From NCBI RefSeq assembly GCF_009914755.1, contig NC_060942.1: DNA of 64,000 nt; one strand, given 5' to 3'. Of the stretch, positions 55,304 to 64,000 are shown in pieces (position 1 is the stretch's first letter; every line of letters begins with the position of its first letter). The position numbers and the translations under genes are program-made. The DNA comes from the human T2T-CHM13v2.0 reference genome, Homo sapiens. Under the pieces are notes generated by a model. It saw only the letters and a list, made by a program, of their open reading frames with translations, searched no databases and was not told where the DNA came from.

Positions 55304-56273
55304 CTAAAATGGAAGAAAAACAGAGTAACAGTCACTTTGGAAGATTAAGACACTATTCTTTTCTAAATGAACTATACATTTAAAAACTCAAATCTAAATA
55401 TTCAGTATTTTCAGGTTACTGAAAAATGTTAATACGTTTAATACAAAAATTAAGTCAAGCAAAAATATTAAACTCCTTCCCTGTCATTAGCTGGTGTATT
55501 TGGGTTAGTTATCCCTTTATTTCCCTATTTTCCAGTTTCCATCTCCTATTAAATGACAAGTCTATTTATGTATAATGGAAATAGTTACTAGCAGTGTTCT
55601 GTTTTGAAGATTCACTCTAGACATCTATGTTCATTTCTGTTTAGTGATAATACAGAGACAAATACTCAGATTGTAAAGCTGAAGAGAAGGTACAGTGTAG
55701 GGAAGAAAACAATGCCTTTTCACGTTGATGATCACTTTACAATCAGAACAATAATACACCCTAGATCTTGTGTCTCTAGTGCCTACCTTTCTCAAGGTCA
55801 ACTTTGCATGTTCAGCAAAATATTAACAGTAAACAAGTTATTCCTGTTTTATTAAGCATATTTTGATTATGAAGGGTTACTCTGTCCTCTCAAGATCATA
55901 AACCCCTTTGGGAAACAAGTCTTAGATCAAATAAAAAGAAAAAGATTCAGCTGAACAGAAAGCACACAGAGGAATAAAGGCATCCAGAAATTTCCAGTTA
56001 CTGCAAAAGTTTAAACAGGATTATAATGGGGAACATGTTAAGACCAAGGAAGTAGAAACCTCAACAACGCAGTAAAAAGAGCAATAGCACCAAAAGAATA
56101 CTAAAATATTTTTATAAAAATGAAATAATTATGAAAAACAAAGAAAAATACTTAACACCTACTTAAATGAAAGCTCATTAAACAAATTAATGATGACTTG
56201 ATTCTAGAACTAGAAAAATTTAAATTCTACCAGATATCTTAAGGAGTTATTACTGATAGAAATATGTTTAAAA

Positions 56274-56638
<365 letters not shown>

Positions 56639-56770
56639 TTAGCCTTATTACGTGGTTGAATAAAGCTCAGCTCTACTCAGAAATCTGACTTTTAAAGTAT
56701 TGTAGAACAATCTCTTTCCTGAAATTTCCATAATCACTGTTGTAAAAATTAACCTGTAAAAAGCAATTCT

Positions 56771-56943
56771 TGGGCATAGTGGCACATGCCTGTAATCCCA
56801 GCTACTCAGGAGGCTGAGGCACTAGAACCCAGAAGGTGGAGGTTGCAGTGAGCTGAGATTACACCACTGCACTCCAGCCTGGGCAACAGAGTGAGACTCT
56901 TGTCTCAAAAAATAAAAATAAAAAATTTAAAAAATAAAATAAA
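56771..56943 (+). mobile_element. 5'-truncated Alu (right arm)
   Basis: Right arm plus tail; TSD aaagcaattctt. Confidence 0.9.
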
Positions 56944-57213
56944 GCAATTCTTGTATTTGTTCTTCTTTCATGAATTGAATGAAAGACAAACTTGATGTTT
57001 CATGTCATGTTATGATTTACTAATGATGATTTGATTTGGGTGCTCAGAACCCCCAAAAATTTTGTATCACAATAATCATTCATTCAAAACATAGCCCACG
57101 CCTGTCTGGAATCCATACACAATAGTCTCCTGGCTAGGCTTTTCACCTGGGTCAGAGTTTAAAGCCAAATCCTGACATAACAAATACTTGGCTGTGAGTT
57201 AGAGCCTATTTAG

Positions 57214-57621
<408 letters not shown>

Positions 57622-59479
57622 TAACATCTTACTGTATGCCTCAGATCTAGAAACAAATTGTTTTACTAAATTGTTTTAGTTTTGCTTAAACCAAAATCTA
57701 TGACTATTAATAATTACTAGGTCTAATAACCTTAGGGAAAGAATACGTATTTAGAAAAAAGTGTTCTTCTCCTTCAAAATTAATTGGGCCAAACACAATC
57801 AGAAGTGAGAGAACAAAAAAAGTGTTAACCTTGGATCATCCTCTCTTACCGTGGAATCCTATAAATGTAGAAGAATGAAGAGTAGAGGGTTTGATGCTGG
57901 GAGGTAAGGAAAGCTTCCAGCACATAAGAATACTGAAGCAATACAACATGACAATAAGAGTCACTGCAAGCTAAAAACCCATTTCCCCAAATTCCTAAAC
58001 AGAACCATGTGTGTCTTCCGTAGGCCCAGAGAAACAAATTATATCAAATTGCTTATCACACAGTATTTTTGCTCATATGATGTTCAACAAATATTGATTA
58101 AAAATTTATTCTTACTATCTCTAGACAGGCATTATGCTACATATTGGGGACATATCCATCAACAAATAGACAAGGCTCCTGCCTTTATGAAGCTTACAAT
58201 TTAGTGGAAAAAAGAAAAATCAAATAATAATCACTCCAAAAAGGACTATAAAGGAAAAAAACAAGTAATAACAGGAGAGGATTACAGGACACTCTGATAG
58301 TAACTATGGGATCAAAAGAAAGCGTCTCTTAAAAAGTGGCATTTAAAACCTGGAGTATGAGTGGCAATTACTTACAAATCTTTCTTACTATAATATATGA
58401 GACTCTAGCTAGAGAACCTTTCATTTTTGCTGTTGTTTATATTCTCAACTCTAGTATATAATAGGTACTCAATGGATAAATAAATGGAAAGATGGAGGGA
58501 TCTTTACTGTTTTCATTTTGACTGGAAACTTATTGAATACCTTCCTTAATAGATCCATCAGCAAAGCGTACAAGGCATATATAACTTAGGATAGCAAAGA
58601 GGAAGAAGAATGCTGAGGTCAGGTAATATGTATTCATAAGCACAAATGGAATACTCATTGCAACAAAAATGTAAAGGGAATTTCATGAAAGAAGGATCCA
58701 GAATGTTGTTGACTGGCTTACAGCTGTCCTCTGTTGATTTTGCCTGACCAACATCCACCTCCTGTTCTTCTGGCAAAAGCAGCCCTTTTGTCCTCCTGAG
58801 AACCTCCCTCCCCTCCATACATGTGGATTGGATGGGGCACGACTCTGCCTTCTGGTGATCCACGTTTGGCCAATAAAAATGGTCCTTGTCAAAATCCTTC
58901 CCAGCACTTCTGGAACTATCAGAAAAGAGGCACTCTCTCCTTCTGAGATTGTGAGTGCTAAGAACTATGTATGGATAGAGCTGCTACTGGTTTTCTCTGT
59001 CGATGGATCCTGCCTGAGAACATAGCCAATCACAGCAGTGACAAGAGATTGAGAACATCACAGCAGTGACAAGAGATTGAGGGGGAAGGAGCAAAAAGGA
59101 GAGAAGAAAGAGAGGAGTCCTAGTGAAGAGTCAGCGGAATAATCAAACATAGAAAAAGAAATTACTATGAAATCCGGCAAATCCCATGAAAGAATATGAA
59201 CTATCTGTATTAGGAACACAGAGATAACAGCAACCAATTCTGCCTGGGTCAGAAGGGAAATTCTTCACAAAGATGATGATATTTGAGCAGACGAAGAACA
59301 AGAAGAAGGGGAAGGGCATTAAAGTGAAGAAACCATACAAAGGCAGCCACAAAAAGGTCTGGTAGTTTTGAAGGAAAATAAGAAATTCAATATCGATCAA
59401 ACAGATTAAAAGAAGGTGGGGGAAAGGGGTGGGAGCAAAGGGACTCGAACTGGGAGTTGAGAAATTAATAAAATGGAAA

Positions 59480-60660
59480 AAGTATGTATATATTGGAGAA
59501 GTTAGATTAAAACAGTTATTAAAAAATCAAGAAACTATTCAAATAAATTTAAAAATCCAACTAGGCCAGATACAAGATCAACTTTGAAAGATAAATAGCA
59601 TTTCTCCTTAGCAGCACTAACCAACAATAGTAGGTTATCAAAAACAAAACAGCATTTTGCAAGACTGCCAGAATAACTAAAATGTTTGGAATAAAATGTT
59701 TTGGTCCTTCATAGGACATCTATGAAGAAAAACATTTAAAAAGGACACAGTGGATGATCTGAACAGAATGACAATACTATGAAGATAATAATTCTACCCA
59801 GATTAATACAGAAAGTCAACGAATCACAACCAAAATTCTCACTCGACTTTTTTGAGGAACTGCATAAATTGACTCACTTTTATGAAATAATAAACAAATA
59901 GCCAAGTCAACCTTGACAATAAAGAATGAAGAGGGGCACTTTCCCTACTGGATATCAAGCCACTCTATACAGCTGTAGTAAGAAAAACAGCATGGTATTT
60001 GTATAAAAAGTAAACAAACCAAAGGACCCCAATTGATAATTCAAAGACAGACCTGTGTATATATGGAAATAATATACAATAAAGATTACGATTACTCCAC
60101 AAATCAATGAAGAAAAACACATTGTACAGAAGATGGTAATGGGAAACACCTCTTTTATTTCATAATGACAGATCCCTACACCTTACAACATACTCAAGAC
60201 CTACTACAGAAGACTTAATGACTTAGATGTGAATAAAACTAAAGTTGATAGAAGGAAGAGTACAATAAGTTTGTAACATAAGCACAAGAAAGGACTTATT
60301 AAATAAAAGCCTAAGAACACAAACCACAAAGGCAAAAATTACACATTAAATTACATCAGAATTAAAGATTACTGCTCAGCAAATGAATCCCTGGACAAAG
60401 TTAACAGGCAGATAATAGACTGAAAGAAGAACACGAAACTAATATCAAGGCTATTACAAATAACTCCTGCAAACAACCAATAAAAAGGCAGGAACTCTGC
60501 TAGAAAAAAAAAATCAAAAGATATAAACAGGCAATCTGAAACAAGGTGATATGCCCCTATGCCCTAGAGAATGTAATGTGTTGCCAGGCATGTGGTGATA
60601 TAAAAACCCTCATGCTCTGCTGATGGGAATACTAACCAGCATAGTCAGTTTTAGAGAACC
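59480..60660 (+). mobile_element. Old L1M ORF2-region remnant
   Basis: Degraded ORF2-like sequence (ccagatacaagatcaac, acagcatggtatt, aattacatcagaattaaa). Confidence 0.65.
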
Positions 60661-60744
60661 TATGTCCATTCACACAGACACACAGACACACACGCGTGCA
60701 TGCGCACGTGCCAAAGAAAAATCCACAGAGATATGTCTGAGAAA

Positions 60745-61268
60745 TATAGTAGGCATCCTCTAAAATGACCCCAATCATGCCTGCTTCCTGCTATTCATGC
60801 CCTTGTGTAATCCCCTCCCCTCACAGAATACAACAAAAGTGAGAGTTATGTCACTTTTGAGAGATCAGCTTACAACATAACTACGATGTGTGTTGAGTAG
60901 CCCCTCTTGCTCTTCCATTTGCCGGCCAGTTGCCTTGCTGTAGGCTAACATACTGAGAGGTCTACACGGCAAAGAACTAAGGGAGGCCTCCAATCAACAG
61001 CCAGTGAGGAACTGAGGTCCTCAGTCCAACCCTTGAGGAGCTGACTCTTGCCAATAGCCAAGAGACCTAGGAAGCAAGGCGTCCCCCAGCTGAGGCTTCA
61101 AGTGAGACCAGAGCCCCAGCTTGACTACAACTTCATGTGACACCTTGAGTCAGAGTCTTAAAGCTACGGTATACTCAGATCTCTGACCCTAAAAAACTAT
61201 GTAATAATATTTGTTGTTCTAAACAGCTAAGTTTTGGGTAATTTTTATGCAGCAATAGATGAACAACA
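60745..61268 (+). mobile_element. MLT1F-like MaLR LTR
   Basis: cccttgtgtaatcccctcccc, cagccagtgaggaactgagg, tatgcagcaataga. Confidence 0.8.
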
Positions 61269-61368
61269 CGAAACATCCATTATTTGTGGGCATGCAAAGT
61301 TGGAGGCAATCCGGGTATAACCGATGAATTAAATAAGTAAAATGAGGCGGAGCCACACATGGAGCAGG

Positions 61369-61701
61369 TTTTGGGTTTTTTTGGGTTTTTTTGTTTGTTT
61401 GTTTGTTTGTTTGTTTTTGAGACAGAGTCTCGCTCTGTCGCCCAGGCTGGAGTGCAGTGGCGCCATCTCGGCTCACTGCAAGCTCCGCCTCCTGGATTCA
61501 CGCCGTTCTCCTGCCTCAGCCTCTCGAGTAGCTGTGAACTACAGGCACCCGCCACCACGCCCAGCTAATTTTTCTGTATTTTTAGTAGAGACGGGGTTTC
61601 ACTGTGTTAGCCAGGATGGTCTCGATCTCCTGATCTCGTGATCCGCCCGCCTCGGCCTACCAAAGTGCTGGGATTACAAGCGTGAGCCACTGCACCCGGC
61701 C
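61369..61701 (-). mobile_element. AluY
   Basis: Reverse Alu with Y diagnostics (gcaagctccgcc, ttcacgccgttc, gttagccaggatgg). Confidence 0.94.
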
Positions 61702-62427
61702 CACGTGGAGAAGTTTTAAAAGCCACAGACTAAATGTTCACTTTGCATCACAAGTAACTCTTAAAAACAGTTTTGAGAGGAAAAAAGTAAAAAAAAACAG
61801 AATGAGTTCTATAACACAATTCTATTTACATACATTAAAAATACATGTACACATACGAATAACATTTTGTACCTGAACATATATATGTAGAAGTAAACAT
61901 ATTAAACACATCAGAATGGCTATCTATGGGAAAGAAAAGGAAATAGGGAATGGAGATAAAAGAGAATAAATGAATGGATGAATACTAAATGGAGGAAAGG
62001 ACAGGCCTTACAGGAGCTGATGATAATAGTGCTAAAGAATGTGACACATAGCCAAATTCAACCCTATGTCTGATGAGTCTAAAACCAGGGCTTGTGGGAT
62101 GAAAGGACACATAAGAGGATGGGGAACATACTGATGTGAGAAAATGTTTAAACTAATCCAGGAAACAAAAGACATGTGCAATAAATCATTTGGGGGGACA
62201 TAATGAGGACATCCACTAAAACAGTGACAACATGAATGAAAAAGCAATCAGATTTGAATAACATTTAATAAAATAAAACTACTACCACTCAGTGACAGAT
62301 CAGACACTTAAAATGGGTAAGAAAAACAGATTAATCAAGAAACACTAAGCTTTCTAAATGTAGCACCCAGAGATGGTGATGCCATTAACTAAATCAAGGA
62401 CACAGGAAATGGAAAATTGCCATATAT

Positions 62428-62525
62428 ACAGTCAACACTCATTATTCACAGATTCTGTATTTGTAAAATCACCTATTCACTAAAATTTATTTGTAACCCC
62501 CAAATCACTATTGCAGCACTTCTGC
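62428..62525 (+). mobile_element. Tigger4-like terminal fragment
   Basis: cagtcaacactcattattcacagattctgtatttg ... aaaatttatttgtaacccc. Confidence 0.65.
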
Positions 62526-62658
62526 TAACTGAACTAATCTACATTAATTTTCTAACTTGCACCAAAAAAATCCTAGACCAAATTTCATGACAAAAAATAG
62601 AAAGTAAAAAATTCCAAATGAATTCACAGATAAATTATACTATGACAAAGATGATAAA

Positions 62659-62965
62659 GGCTGGATGTGGTGGCTCATGCCTGTAATCCCAGCACTTTGG
62701 GAGGCCGAGGCGGGTGGATCACGAGGTCAGGAGATCGAGACCATCCTGGCTAACACGGTGAAACCCCGTGAAACTACTAAAAATACAAAAAATTAGCCGG
62801 GCATGGTGGCAGGCACCTGTAGTCCCAGCTACTCAGGAAGCTGAGGCAGGGGAATCGCTTGAACCTGGGAGGTGGAGGTTGCAGTAAGCTGAGATCGCAC
62901 CACTGCATTCTAGCCTGGGCTACAGAGTGAGACTCCATCGCAAAAAAAAAAAAAAAAAAAAAAAA
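62659..62965 (+). mobile_element. AluY/Sc8-like
   Basis: Alu dimer; TSD aaaRatgataaa. Confidence 0.94.
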
Positions 62966-63365
62966 TGATAAAATGATAAAATAAAAAGCAAGGTCTGTAT
63001 TTCCTTTGTGTCACTGAGGGTGGATGTGGATGGGGTATTCATGAAAGAAGAGTGGCCATGAGTTGATAGTTACTGAAGCTGAGTGACAAGCACATGGAGT
63101 TTCATTCTTCTCTCTATATTTATATGCTTGAAATTTTCCATAAATTCAAAAATATAAATTAAAAAATTGACTATTTATGAAGTGACTGTAGACCATGAGT
63201 TTGGGGAAGTCAGGAGCCTTTCTTATTCCTAGCTCCTCCCACAGTTCCCAGAAAATAGTAGGTATTTAACAAATATTAGAATGAATGAACCATTGAAAAT
63301 ACTGTACTTAAATCTAATTTGCTAAAGGTGTCTGCTTTGAGAAGCTGAATATGTTCTATCAGCAC

Positions 63366-63944
63366 TGTATTAGTTTTACATTGCTGCCATTAACAAATCA
63401 TCACAAATGTAGCAGCTTTAAACAGCACCATTTGTTATCATACAGTCCTGGGAGTCAGAAGTCCAGTACAGGTCTCACGAGCCTAAAATCCAGGTGTCGG
63501 CAAGCTGCATTCCATTCTGGAGGCTCTAAAGAAGAATTCATTTCCTGTTCATTTGGGTTTTTGGCAGGACTCATTTCCTCGTGGTTGTAGGACCCAGGTC
63601 CCTGTTTTCTTGCTGGGTGTAAACTGAGGGCAATTCTTGGCTTCTAGGGGTCACCACATCCCTTGGCCCATGGATCTCTTGTTCCATCTTCGAAGGAAGC
63701 AAGGACTTTGAGTGACTCCTTATATCACATCTCTCTGACCCACTCTGCTTTGCTCATTTAAGGACTCATGTGATTAGACTGGGCCCGACAGGATAATGAA
63801 TGACAGTCTCTCCATTAAAAGGTCTTTAACTTTAAACACATCTACAACATCACTTTTGACATATAAGTTATGTTACTCACAGGTTCCAGGGATTAGAGCA
63901 TGTACATCTTTGGGGTTTGGAATGGCATTAGTCTGCCTATCACT
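63366..63944 (-). mobile_element. MLT1D/E-like MaLR solo LTR
   Basis: tgtattagtttt start; 5-bp TSD AGCAC at 63361-63365 and 63945-63949. Confidence 0.85.
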
Positions 63945-64000
63945 AGCACTCAGTAAGAATCAGATTATGTGCTAATTTCAGTAAGAACCAAAAATTTGCC

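Noticed and set aside
60671-60711. CA-rich run ending in an NRF1-like GCATGCGCA
   Set aside because: Typical decay of an alternating purine-pyrimidine microsatellite; no CpG island or promoter context

Overview
Human (or great-ape) genomic DNA lying entirely inside the dymeclin gene (DYM) on the minus strand. Four coding exons with GT-AG borders join in frame: 55178-55303, 53314-53456, 7923-8105 and 3486-3664. They are probably exons 7-10, encoding about L165-L375; that numbering is recalled, not checked. The rest is intron, including one of 45.2 kb, filled with about 27 Alus, four 5'-truncated L1PA copies, older L1M/L2/MIR remnants, MaLR and ERV1 solo LTRs, and DNA transposon fossils. The other ORFs in the track come from repeats or chance. 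I see no evidence of a new multi-gene system. The most unusual signals are local: (1) a 108-bp, 107/108-identical inverted copy of old LTR sequence with a fold-back junction; (2) a MER41A LTR whose TSD shows an 86-nt extended 3' end; (3) a DM2-like (TG)(TCTG)(CCTG) repeat downstream of a strong cryptic acceptor; (4) an NFAT:AP-1/RUNX/STAT motif cluster; (5) a CAGCAG tandem acceptor; (6) several candidate cryptic exons. Repeat subfamily names come from remembered consensus sequences and their edges are approximate.
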